The notes under the pieces: generated by a model
The model's database searches: none
The model's input: only the letters and a program-made list of their open reading frames with translations
Told to the model about the DNA's origin: nothing
Translations under genes and position numbers: made by a program
Source: Pocillopora damicornis
Lineage: Eukaryota
Length of the DNA stretch: 64,000 nucleotides
NCBI RefSeq assembly: GCF_003704095.1
Contig: NW_020845073.1
Span: forward strand, 806,001 to 870,000
Direction of reading: 5' to 3'
In this document: in pieces, positions 27,215 to 41,146 of the stretch
How positions within the stretch are numbered: the first letter of the stretch is position 1
How the letters are laid out: each line of letters starts with the position of its first letter

Positions 27215-30200
27215 CAGCTTTCTTAACACTTGAAAAGTGATGGTCTCTACATTTGTATCCATCGTAGACTACACGCAGTCCCTCCTTTTTGGTGTAGTCT
27301 GTTGCACAAGTAAAAAATATCAGTGAAAAAATTGTTATTGCACCACAGGGAGCTGTAGGAGTGACATTGATACACTGTGGTGCACTGACATCAACTTTTT
27401 TTTCATTTATTCTTTTTGACTCGCACGACAGACTGCCAAAAAGGAGGGACTGCTCATGGCTGGTATTCATGGGAATCTCCCACTAAAACTGATTTTATCT
27501 GGACTACCTTTGTTTTAGTCATACAAACAGTTGAACATGGATTGACATTGGAAGTCCTATGTGTTTCCTCAAAAGTTTGCTGGTTCAGATGTAGAGAAGA
27601 TTTTTTCTCTGTAGATTTACATAATTTTTGTTTTCAGCCCTTGCAATGTAGTGCAAAAGTCACAGAACCAAAAGCTTTTTTCATTCAGCTTGGACATTGA
27701 TAATACTTGAAGACTCTGATCTCTCCTCACAATATTTAGTCAATATCATTATAGGTAATCAATTTTGAAGTAAATCAATTATTCATATTGTACTCTTGGA
27801 AAACTTGGTTTTTTCACTTTTTTTCAAGCATAATGCATATTAAATGACTACTAATTTTGTGAAGTGCTGGTTTGTTTGTTTGAAAATTTCCTCATTTTGT
27901 TGCAGTCAAGTTGTTTATCAAAGCACACAAGTGATGTTTTCTCTGCTTGAAAAGCCAAAGTTACTCATGGCAAGCATATATTTGCACCCTTGTTTCCTTG
28001 TATAAATGACAAGCTAGGGGTTAGAGTATAGAGGAGTACGAAGACAGGAAGATTGTGACCACCTGCCTGGTGACAGTGACACACCCAATTCCCAGACTTC
28101 AAGCAAGTTCTTCTTTTTTCATGTTGTTGTCCATTGAATTTCCGTGTTCCTGGGCTACCCACCCTTCTTATAATCAAGCTCACCAGATTTTAATTCAGCC
28201 TTGAATAAGTTGACGAGGTGAGAATCCGGAGATATGCCCGTTCTAAATCTCTGCCTTTTTATTTTGGCTTTCAAAACCCTTCAAAACAATTTACCAATAT
28301 TGTTGAGAATGTTTAGTCTGTGAAAAAGACAACGGAGAAAAAGAGAGTCTAAGCGTTACCATTAGGAACCAAACGTATCACTGATGTACATTGCATGTTT
28401 GGAAGAAGCAAATCAAACTCTTGCTGCAATCACTCACAGCCAAATCCAAATTATCACAGATATTGAGTTTATAATCTTGCCCCTTCTCCAGCAAAACCGA
28501 CGATATTCAAGCGACTCAAATCAATGCAAGACCATTACAAACTTCCTCTCACCGAAGTCTCGCTTTGATTGCAGCATGTACTCGCGGGATCCCTTCTTGA
28601 ATATGTTTGGTCTTGCAGGCGGCAAAAGAGTTGCTGTGTCTTCGATTCTTCAGAAGAGGCCGCGATTTACAAAGTGTCACAGTTTCATGTTGATCTTTAA
28701 GTTGATTGAAGCCATTCGAAGGCTGGACTAACAGCTTAGGAAAAGGTCCAGAAAACGATACGCAACACAAGTGTCAAACATCGTGCCTAATGTTTACCTG
28801 TACTATGCAAATGTAAATCTTTCACTCACTTTGTTAGGATTTATTTAATGAGAAGGCAAAATTGAATTCATGACATGCTAATCTGTATTCAGTCGTAAAT
28901 TGTATAAAAGAAATTAGGTAACACACTACGACACCATGAACCACAAACTCGCCGCTACGTTTGCGCCACGTGGCGTCAAACAAAGAATCTTGTCGACTTT
29001 CGGTAAACGACAGAGGAATTACTCAAACGTTAGCCATTGACTTTCTCAGATTTAAAAAAAATGGTGAGACACAGTGAGAGTAAGCCCCGTTCAGATAACA
29101 TCAGCGATTGATGTCACCTTGCATAACTTTGCTTCGACCACGTCCTTCTCTCGTCCAGCAGCTCTGCGATTGAAGCTTCTCCGCCGGGCTCATAGAGCCG
29201 GAGACTCAAGAAAAACATGTTTCTTTACGACTGACACTTTCTGTCATATGTCCGGGGACTTTNNNNNNNNNNNNNNNNNNNNNNNNNNNNNNNNNNNNNN
29301 NNNNNNNNNNNNNNNNNNNNNNNNNNNNNNNNNNNNNNNNNNNNNNNNNNNNNNNNNNNNNNACTGAATGCAGATTAGCATGTAATTCAATTTTTTTCTT
29401 CTCATTAAATAACTTCTATCAAAGTGAGTGAAAGATTTAAATTTGCACTGTTCAGGTAAGCAATAGGCACGATGTTAGGCACTGTGTTGCGTACCGTATT
29501 CAGGACCTTTTCCTAAGCTGTTAGTCCAGCCTTCGAATGGCTTCAATCAACTAAAAGGTCAACGTGAAACTGTGAAACTTTGTAAATCGCGGCCTCTTTT
29601 GAGGAATCGAAGACACAGCAACTTTTTTTGCACCCTGCTAAACCAGACATCCAAGAAGGGATTTAGTGAGTACATGCTGCAATCAAACTGAGACTTCGGT
29701 GAGAGAAAGTTTGTAATGGTCTTGCGTTGATTTGAGTAAGTTAAATAATGTCGGTTTGCCGGATAAGGGGAAAGATTGTAAATTCAATATCTGTGATAAT
29801 TTTGATTTGGCCGTGAGTGACTGCAGCAAGCTTTTGATTTGCTTCTACCAAACATGCACTGTTCATCAGGCTCCTACTGGTAAAACATTCTCAACAATAT
29901 TGGTAAATCGTTTTGAGGGTTTTGAAAGCCAAAATAAAAAAGCAGAGATTTAGAACGGGTATAACTCCGAAGTCCGGAGTACCACCTTGCCAACTTATTC
30001 AAGGCAGAATTAAAATCTGGTGAGTTTGATTATAAGAAGGGTTGGAAGCCCAGGAACACGGAAAATTCAATGGACAACAACATGAAACAAGAGGAACTTT
30101 CCTGAAGTCTGGGAGTTGGGTGGGTCACTGTCACCAGGCGAGTGGTCACAATCTTCCTGTCTTTATAATCCTCTATACTCTTCTAACCTCTAGTTTGTCA

Positions 30201-30999
30201 TATATGCAAGGAAACAAGGGCTCAAACAAATGCTTGTCATGAGTAACTTTGGCTTTTTAAGTAGAGAAAACATCGCTTGTGCGCTTTGATAAACAACTTA
30301 ACCACAACAAAATAAGGAAATCTTCAAACAAACAAACCAGCACTTCACAAAATTAGTAGTCATTTAATATGCATTTTGCTTGAAAAAAAGTGAAAAAACT
30401 AAGTTTTCCTAGAGTATAAATATGAATAATTGATTTATTTCAAAATTAATTTTTCACTACAATGATATTGACTAAACAATGTGAGGAGAGATTAGAGTCT
30501 TCAAGTATTTTCAACATCCAAGCTAAATGAAAAAAGCTTTTGGTTCAGTGCCTTTTGCACTACATTGCAAGGGCTAAAAATAAAAATTATGTAAATCTAC
30601 AAAGAAAAAATCTTCTCTACATCTGAACTAACAAACTTTCGAAGAAACAGATGGGACTTCCATTGTCAATCCATGTTCAACTGTTAATATGACTAAAACA
30701 GATGTATTCCAGATAAAGTCAGTTTTGATGGGAGATTCTCATGAATACCAGCTACGAGCAGTCCATCCTTTTTGGCAGACTTTGGTGTAAGTCAAAAAGA
30801 ATAAGTGAAAAAAAAAATTGATGTCAATGCACCACATTGTATCAACATCACTCCTAAAGCTCCCTGCGGTGCAATAACAATTTTTTCACTGACATTTTTT
30901 ACTTGTGCGACAGACCATGCCAAAAAGGAGGGACTGCTTGTAGTCTACAATGCATACAAATGTAGAGACCATCACTTTTTTCAAGTGTTAAGAAAGCTG
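27215..30999. repeat. Apparent inverted duplication A/A' (~27215-28890 vs ~29363-30999) around a 100-N gap at 29263-29362
   Basis: For example CAGCTTTCTTAACACTTGAAAA (27215) matches the reverse complement at ~30978-30999, and GAAGCCATTCGAAGGCTGGACTAACAGCTTAGG (28708) matches the reverse complement at ~29510-29545. Confidence 0.9.
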
Positions 31000-31381
31000 A
31001 TTTTAATTCATTTAATCCTGCAAAGATTAAAATATTTTAGGACCCAAATCCCGCGCAAATGCTTGGAATTCAAATAGCCAATCAGAGCAACCATTCCACT
31101 CTCTCCAATGGTTTAGTATATACTAAAGCCTATTATCGATCATGAGTAGTTACTTTCTACATGGATCGCCACGTTGCAGTTGCATACTGCTGATCTTCTT
31201 TCTCTCTTCAGTTTACATTCTCTTTGACAATATATGCGCCCATTGCGTTGGAACGCCAGTAAACTTATACAAATAAAATATATATTCATGTATCCTGCTG
31301 TGGTTAGTGATAAATAAACAGACGTAGTTTGGAACCGTCTTTTCGAGTGCCTCAGCGTTTTGTCGTTGTCTGGTTTACTAG

Positions 31382-33020
31382 AGTCAAGGTCTCAAGGAGT
31401 TATTTCATGACAAGTGCGAGGATGTTATTAGCTGGTTGAATGGCACTGCATTCACGGAGGGCTGGGCTCTATACGCTGAGAATCCGCTGATCGCTACAGA
31501 AACGAATTGCACCGCGTTCGCCCCCTATCGAGTTCGCCCCTTCGAGTTCGCCCCTACCTTATGCCGTGTTCGCCCCCACACTTTTCGAGTTCGACCCCAG
31601 CAAGTCGAGTTCGCCCCTTGATTGAGTGATATCCAGATGAGTTGATTTGTGACGAAGGCACTAGCAGAATGTGCCAAATGTCACGTCAGCGACGACCATT
31701 TTGAATTTCGGCAATTGCGTGGAACCTGCTTGGGAACTGGGTTGACGGAATCAACTAAATACTCCGCATGGGATCTGGGGTTACCAGAAATAACTGTATA
31801 CACTGAAATTGTGATAAAGAGAACCACACGGTTTATCTAACGAACACGAAATGTGTTGATCGTAACAACCAGACTTGAGAAGATGCAAACCACGCTTTCA
31901 TCGCGACAGCATTGCTTAAGTTGTTAGACTTGTACCCGTTTAGCTTTATTTATGAAAGTAAGACTGAAGAATTTACTCATAAACTTACGAATCAACTCAT
32001 CTGGATATCACTCAATCAAGGGGCGAACTCGACTTGATGGGGTCGAACTCGAAAAGTGTGGGGGTGAACACGGTATAAGGTAGGGGCGAACTCGAGGGGG
32101 CGAACTCGATAGGGGGCGAAAGCGGCGGATACCACAGAAACAGACGCTTACGCCGACAAACCGTTGCAGCTGTATGGCATGATCAAGTGGCAAATATGGC
32201 AGGCACTGCGCTTGATGTAGACTCTGGACTTCAATATAAAGGTCGGTTGAAGTAAAGAATTGTTTTGCTTTTTGTCGAAAATAGTCCAGCCCTGCATTTA
32301 TTTTCCTTTGTAGTACTCTGCGATTCGTCTGGAAAACTCGTGTAACTCTTGCAACCGCGAATGGATCACGTATATTTTTCTGCACTCGAAGCTGAATACG
32401 CGTTTTCACATTCAAATCACATATGTGGCATTCCCACTACATCTGATTGGTCGTTTTGATTACTTCAAGCTTCGTTTCTGCGACACGCAATGCGAATCAG
32501 CTGCAGGAATATCGGAACCTGAGCACTTGTGAAAACGAAAATTGTGTAAATGATCTGTCTCTTTCACTAATACCCTTTGAGGATTGGCAATCTTATTTTC
32601 TCTCCAGGAATGAAACGACGGGAAGCGTCGAAACTCTTTGCCGAGAAAGCCTGGGACAGAACTGACAAAGCCGAGAGAGACGTTGCAAGGTATCAAAGCA
32701 CCCCGAATCAGGCCATCGCGAACATGATTGGCCAGCTGCGGATTTGGCAAGTGCAAAATGATACTAAGGCCAGAATTTAGGCACATAAAAAGATTTTCAA
32801 TGAAAAAGACTTTCATTATCAGATTTTATCACAGGGATCCTCGCCACTGACTCATTTGGAAAGTCACATGAAGAAATTTGCGGACTGCGTCATTCAGCCA
32901 CATTCAGAGGGTTGCGAATACATTATAAGGAGCCTAAGTGACGAAATAGTCATGGATGAGGTTGCCAAGAAGCCCCATAAACCATTTCGAGACAAACCAT
33001 ATCAAGAACACTTTGATTGA
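31382..33020 (+). pseudogene. Truncated pseudogene copy of the last two exons of the DUF885 gene
   Basis: Lacks the upstream exons. Lesions: 12-nt deletion (NGISYYTAF > NGTAF), 630-bp MITE insertion, 1-nt deletion (TTGATGTAGAC vs TTGATGATAGAC at ~32215), and premature TAG at 32778-32780 (GAG in the intact copy). Confidence 0.9.
31504..32133. mobile_element. 630-bp non-autonomous DNA transposon (MITE) with ~150-bp TIRs made of GAGTTCGCCCC subrepeats and an 8-bp TSD
   Basis: TSD ACAGAAAC at 31496-31503 and 32134-32141; absent from the paralogous site at ~47845. Superfamily not assignable from sequence alone. Confidence 0.92.
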
Positions 33021-35869
33021 ATTTGGTATAGAACGCTGTATGCAAATGAAAGAAATAATCTCCTCAATTATCAAACCACTTGGCTGGGGTTCACTGCCTG
33101 ATATCAATAGAAAAAGTTTTTTTCTCTCGCCGCTGCAGAAGGTCTGCTGAAGCGAAAATATCTGAAATTGACTAAAAGCCGATAATCAAGTCGTTTCAAA
33201 AAGAAAACTCTTCGTATGAGAGCTTTTAATAATTCACTGCCACCAATAATTGAGACATTTGTTGACTTCACCTTTCTGATGAGTTTTCTGCAAAAACTTT
33301 TAGCAAAGGGAAAACGTGCGGGTGACTTTAACCAAATAGGCGACAAATTGATAGCTAGCGAGACGTAGAAAAATTTGTCGTTATTATAAATAACAACCAA
33401 AAGAAAAATGACATTTGGAAAGCTCGCAGATAAAGATCTCATATAACTTCCACAGAGCTACAATGTTAAGTATTTAATCAATAAGAACTTGATTGTCAGC
33501 AAAGTTTAAGGATTGTAGGCAATTTCGTATTCGCTCTACACTACCGCTTGCAATTTATGGCTCAAAAATAAAAGAAAAAAATCTCTCTCTCTCTAATCTA
33601 AGGTATCTGTTAGCGTATTTTTTTTTTTTCAAAGAACTTAGCGCAGCACATGTTTCAACATGTGTTATCGTAAGAACCATTATCAGAACTCGTGCTAATT
33701 CATATTGGACATTGATACAACTCTTTGTTGGATATTAGCTGTGTTTTTATGTCGCTTTACTTGAATTGCTTTTCTTTTTGCGATAGACAGAAAAATGGGA
33801 CGATCACGAGGAGTGTTATTTTTCCTTTTAGGCCATCTGGAGTGGCATGAGTATGGGCGTTAGATGTTGCGGTAACATTGCACGGAGCATCGAAACACAG
33901 TTTCATTTTCATTCTTTTATCCCCAGAATTTTTCAATCAGCCATTTTACCTTACAAAATAAATACTCTGTCAAAAAAAAAAAAGGGTTAGGAGGACATAG
34001 GTAAACAGTGGGGCTGGGCTGGGTGGGGGTATGATTCGAGTTGACATTGATTTCTTAGAAGAAGCATTGCAAGAACGTCTGATAGACAGTACGGAGAATA
34101 TTGGGGGGTTATGGTTTGATTTTGTTGATGTATGAGAATCAATTCGCACAGCGCTAATAAATTGTCAATAGAATCATTAATTCAAAAAAATACCGACCAC
34201 AAGGTGGAACTAACCATTCGAGTCGTGGCATGATTAACGATTAACTCTTAATGGCACAACAGTACGAGAGTTTTGTTTACAAGGTATCATCTTGAGTTAT
34301 AGAAGGGGGTAAATGTGGCGCTGCGTCGGTGAGAAAGTGTAACAGGATAATTTAGTATTATACGGCTGAGTTGATAACGTAAATTGGTTTCCGTTCTAAA
34401 CTCTTTAGGGCGGACAATTTACGTTATCACCTCAGTTGATAATACTAAATTGTCCTATCTTCATTTATATATCACTGCCGATTTTGATCTACGACCAAAA
34501 AAAAGGAAAAAAAGGGAAATATATGAGAAATTAAAAATTGAAGAGGTGCATGTCTCATTCTACGGCTTTGAATTCATACAAGCAAATATTATCTCAGTTC
34601 AACACAAAAGTTTCAAAGGAAAGGAAAAAGCATCCGCGTTTCTTTGCACGCCTCTGAATTCATATAAATAAACATTGTCTCAGGCGGCTCGAGATAGGAA
34701 GTTCATTCCTTTGCGCTGAAGCCACATAATCAATGCTTTAGCTGAAACGTTTATCGGTTCCAAAGGCTATAATGCTGATTGTGGCAAAAGATTTTAACTC
34801 TACGTTAACAGCAGCTGCCAGCACGACTGAAAACCGGCCGAAGCAACATGTGTTATCACTTTATTCAAGCGGGCTCTTTACAATAAAATATTACGAGTTT
34901 TTATTTTCACTTTGTAATTTCTAAAGAACACATGATTTTATTATGTTAATATGTGACCGTAGGTGACCCCAGTCTTTCACTTCATTGGGTTCTAGCTGAT
35001 TCGTGCAGATTTTCGGAAAATTTGAATATTGGAATGGACTGATGAACATCGAACGGGATGATAACTGTGATAATAAAACTTTCAACAATGCTTACGGCTA
35101 CGGAAAAAAGGGAAACTGAAAAAGGGTGCTGAGCTCAAAGATACAAGTATGACAAGAAGAGACGAATGTACGACTCAAATAACTTTTTCCAGCTTACAGT
35201 AGATTAAACTCATCATCTGTTGCGATATTTTAAATTTCTTTTCTGTTGCAAAGCGTAGGAGAGTTCTTCTCATTTCAAGGCTGAAGCTTGATCACATATT
35301 CACTTTTCTTTCAGCTTTAAAAATTATCTCTCAAAACAAAAATATTGAAACAAATGCAGCGTCAAGAATGTTTTCCAAAACATGAACGAAAGACATTTTT
35401 CACCACACAATCACGAATGATAACACAAATGTCAACTCTTGCTCCTCGTCGCACGTTTATATACTAGATATATCAAATATCAACAGGCGTGAAAGACGAA
35501 CCTGTTAGTTTGACAAGATCGTGACAACGTGAAAGAATACTATCTCTATTCTTTCAGGTACGTGACAGGTCTTTAGACTAAGGTGTCGTAAACCGTGATC
35601 AAAGACAGAATTGCTCTAATTTTGCGCTCGTATTGGGAACTAAGGTCACCTCATGTGAGACTTCGAGGAAGCTTAATATTAGTAAGCTATCTTATTAGAC
35701 TTAAGAACTTAATTTGCAATTTCATCACTCACTTAAAAGTCCATGCATCGGCGCAAATCGTTTTAGCTTTAAAAATTAGAAGTATTTTAAAAATATAAAC
35801 TGAAGGAAAACCTCATCTGTGCTCAAATTTTCCCACTCAAGTAACTATATGAGAAAAGAATAAAGGGGG

Positions 35870-36070
35870 TAAATTTCTAAAAAAAACTGTGGTGCTGTGT
35901 CGGTAGGAGAGTATAACAGGGTAATTTAGTGTTATCAACCGAGTTGAAAAAGTAAATTGACCACCGTAAAGAGTTTAAAGGCTGACGTTTCGGAGCGTTA
36001 GCCCTTCGTCAGAGCTCTGAAACGTCAGCCAATTTACGTTTTCAACTCAGTTGATAACACTAAATTACCC
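35870..36070 (-). mobile_element. Penelope-like element terminal remnant with inverted ends and a minimal hammerhead motif
   Basis: Minus strand 36015-35980 reads GCT-CTGACGA-AGGGCTAACGCTCC-GAAACGTC-AGCC; flanked by inverted GGGTAATTTAGTGTTATCAAC / GTTGATAACACTAAATTACCC. Confidence 0.65.
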
Positions 36071-36939
36071 TATATCAGAAAAGGACTGAAGTTGGGGTTC
36101 CGTCATATTAAAAAAAAACTGAAAATGATTTAGTCTAAAGTGAAGTCACACTATAAAACCAACCGAGTAGAAAGCCGATAACAAATTACTATCTTAATTC
36201 AATGAATTGAAGGCAAACAATCTACAATATGTTTCTCTCGCCACCATCGTGAAAGAAAAAAATTAGGCAGATTCTGGCAGGAAATCAAAGGCGTTGATGT
36301 GTGACAGCGTGCAGATTTATGTTGGATAAAAGCTGCCCTAATATTAAAAAATTCGTTATTGAAAAAAAAATCAAGTAAAGGAATAGTCAAGGTTGTTCTA
36401 CCGATGCACGCTACGAAATTGTGATTTATCACAACAAAATTCCAGAAATTTAAGCGTTTTCTAATATACATCCATTTTGATCTGACCATTATATATACAC
36501 AACAAGACTGAAATTTTGCTTTCCCGGGCGATCATATGGTATACTTAAGGACTCCACTCAATTTTATTTGAAATGCGATCTAGATAGATTTGCTGTTTTC
36601 AATCTTAATACCTTCCTCTCATTCTACAAAAATTCTATCGTATTTTAAACTCGCTAAACAAACGCTTTTTTCTTTATTTAAAAGAGAGCTTTTTGTCCCT
36701 AACTTTTCCCTTCCGTGTTCCACTATTCCACATCCTGATTTTACAACGATACGGTGTTATTGAATCCGAAGGAAGCCAAGCGGAAATGAGACATCCTATT
36801 GGGATAAATATCCTCATTTCAATGGGCAAAAAGCCACAATGGGCGCTATTTAAATTTGGCGTGCTTCGCACGAGGCCTACCATAGCTGTCTTTGTAGCGG
36901 GTACGGTTTGGAACTAAGCAAGTATTTCCTACCGAGTAA

Positions 36940-39044
36940 ATGATGGCAAGTAACGTCATAATTTCATCTCTGATCATCGCCGTTTTCTTAATCGGTTTGG
37001 CGCAGAAAGGTGAGTAAGGAAACGAAATAGTAAGGTTTTCTTTGTTACATTGACGACATTTCTAAAGGATTTACATTTCATGTCCATATTTTCATCTCTT
37101 AATCGGTTTCATCTCTTAATCCCTATAGTTTGACCGTTTATCAAACAAGCGATTATTTTCACAAACGATGTAGTTCAATGATGAAAAATACACATGCACT
37201 AGAGTTCCAGTGGTTCCGCAAATCTACCAGATAAACATCGAAGCACAAATCCGAAGGTTTGGAGTTCGATTCCTTACTTAAGACTTGTTTTTTTTTTTTC
37301 CCTTTATCCCATGCTCGAGACTATCTTTCTAAAATATACCAACAAAACCCACCAGAAAAGGTGGATAAATAAATGAAAGCATAATCTTTCGAAAAAAATT
37401 CCGCAAGTCTCTTGTAACGTATTATTTTCCTTTCTTTCTGAATCTTAACTCCACCGTGATTGCCATATCAGATGTCATTTAAGATGCGAAGAATCACTCA
37501 CTGTGGTTTGACAAGTCTCAACCACTACCAATTAAAATTCACCTCTGGTTTACCACGTTGTGATAATTCGTTCGAACGACGGAGATTTAGTCGCGAAATT
37601 CCCTAGCCTGTCTCTCTCACAGGCGGCCACCTTGTTTGACAATAGCGACACACGAAAGAAATACAATAAAATGAAATGTGTTACAATTACGAATAAAGCA
37701 CCAAATGAAATCATTTTCACGCAAAATCTCTAAAATACCGCAGTCTGTTGCGTGACCACGGTTCATCACGCAATGCTTTGAGAGAAACGAAAATATTCCC
37801 AGCACTTTCAAAGGTTTTATTTTTGGGTGAGAAAGAGCGTTAAACACTTTTCCAAGACTTTTTAGATTCTATTCTTCTGTTTAATACAACTGAAGCGAAG
37901 TGCGCGATTCCGATCTGAGAAGTCACGTGACTCGATTACCAAGTAAACATTATATGGCCGTAATTTTCTCTTGGATTACGTAATTCGATGAAATCGCTCG
38001 CATATCCTATCTTTAACAGCTTCTGCAATGTTCAATAAAATCAGGAGCTCCTGGTAAAACCTATCTTCCGTTTTATCTCCTGAATAAAGGAAAAACTTTC
38101 TACAACTTTCCTTAGAGAGACAATAGGAGATAACCGACAACTTTTAACAACCTATGCTTATTTTATATGGTCCATTCTTCTCCTCAGGCGTCTCCTTAAG
38201 TTGCTACGTGTGTCATTCCACAATTTCTTGGAAGGATTGTTTTTACACGAGTAGGGTTGGCAACTGCGACTCAAATAAGGAAGTGTGCTTTAATGCTTTT
38301 ACTGCTGAGAAGCAAAAAGATGATCAACAAAAACTCCAGTTCGCTGCTTCTTGTCTTCCTAAGGTAGGATGACGGTTTGACTGACTCTGTGTTATTCTGT
38401 CTCATTTGGTTGGACTCGCACATGCCCATTACGGTGTGAATTATTTTGGAAAATTTTTCATAAACTTTTCAAAAGCTGTTAAAGGTGTTTGTGAGTATTT
38501 ATCGGGCATCATCACAATCCTACCTTTTCCAATGTGCCTTTTTTTTTTTTAATCCCCTCTTTTTTGGTGATTATAAACCCTTGCGCAGAGGTAGAGCTCG
38601 GGGAAGGGTCTAGAGGTCACAGCTCTCAAATATTTCTAAGCCTAAGTAAATGTGTAAGCAAAAATTTTCGTGTTTTCTGAATCAAAGTTTGGACCTCCTG
38701 TAGCAAAAATTTTGGGATCCTCCTTACGAAGAAGTGCGATGAGTAGGGAAATGAAACATCCACTGACCGTTTTGAATGCTATGAATATGAAACGAGTTCT
38801 TGTTCCTTCCATTCTATTCATTTCTCTTTGTGATCCTTCCTTTTACCTCCAGAAAAACTGCAATAAAGAAACATGCAGAGAAGATTTGGGTTCGAGTGGA
38901 GAGAATAAAGCTGTCAATTGTGAGATCAGTTGCTGTGAAACAGACAAGTGCAATATGGTAGCATCCAAAGGACAAGTCTCATCAATCTCCATTTTGGGTC
39001 TAATTATTTCGCTCCTATTTTGCTATAGTTTACCAAACTTTTGA
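36940..39044 (+). CDS. Ly6/uPAR (three-finger, CD59/quiver-like) GPI-anchored protein, copy A, ~145 aa
   Basis: Exons 36940-37009, 38188-38363 and 38853-39044 (438 nt, in frame). Signal peptide MMASNVIISSLIIAVFLIGLAQKG; LSCYVC start; 10 cysteines ending CCETDKCN; hydrophobic C-terminal GPI-signal-like tail. Confidence 0.9.
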
Positions 39045-39719
39045 ATTTTTATTAGTTTTTCGAATACATACTCTTCTGGTTAAGACAGTTAGGGCTACCA
39101 CATGAACCCAGAACAGCTATGAAGAAAGTCTCAAACCACAGCTTTTTTTAAAGTGAATAAGTAGCGCGTGCCACTGCATAGGAGATATTTACATTCATTT
39201 GGAAGTATGGGATGAAAAACAGATTTTGACCAACTCTTATGATTAAAAGGTTTAGATTTGTAAAATAAAAATAAGATGAAACATTCTGCATCTTGTTCCA
39301 CCATCCTGTATTTCCATGGAGACATTGTGGGTTTCATCATTCAAAAGGTGACTTGTAAACTAGTGTGACCATATCAAAACTAAGAGGAATCCATGGTAAC
39401 ACAAGTAGTGCATGGTTTTGATGAATGAAACAAACAAAGAAACAAACGACAAATTGTAAACTTTCTGGATGACAAAAATATATTAGCTTATATTCAAATT
39501 AGTGAAAAGAAATAAAACTTACAATAAATTAAACATCAACTTTGAGTACCTTTTATATTGTCAGTTCACTGTCTAATGCATCGAATATAAAATCTGGTAT
39601 TGAAAAGCTCTCACGCAAGTTCAAAAGTTATTTTATGGTCAAGGTCAAAAACAAGTTTTAACTCCTCCATTAAGTTTAAATTTTGCCTTAGTTTCTTTGC
39701 ATCAAAATAATTGTAGTAT

Positions 39720-39792
39720 TGATAATAATAATGGTAATAATAATAATGACTAAGAATGATTATACTTTTAGTAATAATTATAATGATAAGAT
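39720..39792. repeat. Degenerate (AAT)n microsatellite
   Basis: gataataataatggtaataataataatgac... Confidence 0.7.
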
Positions 39793-41146
39793 AAAATGTG
39801 TACTGTACATTAGTATTTTGATTACTTTAATTTATGTATTGTAAGTAGATTATGTAATGTAAATAGCTTATCGCACCTGTTGAAAAAAAAATTAGAAAAT
39901 GATAATCATATTGATAACTGAAAAAGAGAAAAAAAGGAANNNNNNNNNNNNNNNNNNNNNNNNNNNNNNNNNNNNNNNNNNNNNNNNNNNNNNNNNNNNN
40001 NNNNNNNNNNNNNNNNNNNNNNNNNNNNNNNNNNNNNNNATGTAATCTACTTACAATACATAAATTAAAGTAATCAAAATATTAATGTTCAGTACAGGAA
40101 CAAGTCGAAAGAAGGACATTCTAGAGCCCACCAAAGTCTCATACCCAGACCTTCCACGGCNNNNNNNNNNNNNNNNNNNNNNNNNNNNNNNNNNNNNNNN
40201 NNNNNNNNNNNNNNNNNNNNNNNNNNNNNNNNNNNNNNNNNNNNNNNNNNNNNNNNNNNNNNNNNNNNNNNNNNNNNNNNNNNNNNNNNNNNNNNNNNNN
40301 NNNNNNNNNNNNNNNNNNNNNNNNNNNNNNNNNNNNNNNNNNNNNNNNNNNNNNNNNNNNNNNNNNNNNNNNNNNNNNNNNNNNNNNNNNNNNNNNNNNN
40401 NNNNNNNNNNNNNNNNNNNNNNNNNNNNNNNNNNNNNNNNNNNNNNNNNNNNNNNNNNNNNNNNNNNNNNNNNNNNNNNNNNNNNNNNNNNNNNNNNNNN
40501 NNNNNNNNNNNNNNNNNNNNNNNNNNNNNNNNNNNNNNNNNNNNNNNNNNNNNNNNNNNNNNNNNNNNNNNNNNNNNNNNNNNNNNNNNNNNNNNNNNNN
40601 NNNNNNNNNNNNNNNNNNNNNNNNNNNNNNNNNNNNNNNNNNNNNNNNNNNNAAGTTGATGTTTAATTTATTGTAAGTTTTATTTCTTTTCACTAATTTG
40701 AATATATAAGCTAACATATTTTTCTCATCCAGAAAGTTTATAATTTGTTGTTTGTTTGTTTGTTTGTTTCAAAACCATGTGCTACTCGTGTTACCATGGA
40801 TTCCTCCAAGTTTGGATAAGGTCACACTCGTTTAAATGTCACCTTTTGAGTGATGAAACCCACAATGTCTCCAGGGAAATACAGTATGGTTGAACGAGAT
40901 GCAGAATGTTTCACCTTTTTCCTATTTTACAAATCTAAACCTTCTTTAAATCATAAGAGTTGGCCAAAATCTGCTTTTCATCCCATGCTTCCAAATGAAC
41001 GTAAATATCTCCTAACCAGTGGCAAACTCTACTTATTACTTCAAAAAAAAGCTGTGGTTTGAGACTTTTTTCATTGTTGTTCTGGGTTCATGTGGTAGCT
41101 CTAACTGTCTGAACTAGAAGAGTGTGTATTAAAAAAACTCACAAGT

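Noticed and set aside
31510-31620. CRISPR-like short repeats (GAGTTCGCCCC)
   Set aside because: No unique regular spacers, mirrored at the other end of the element; these are TIR subrepeats in a eukaryotic genome.
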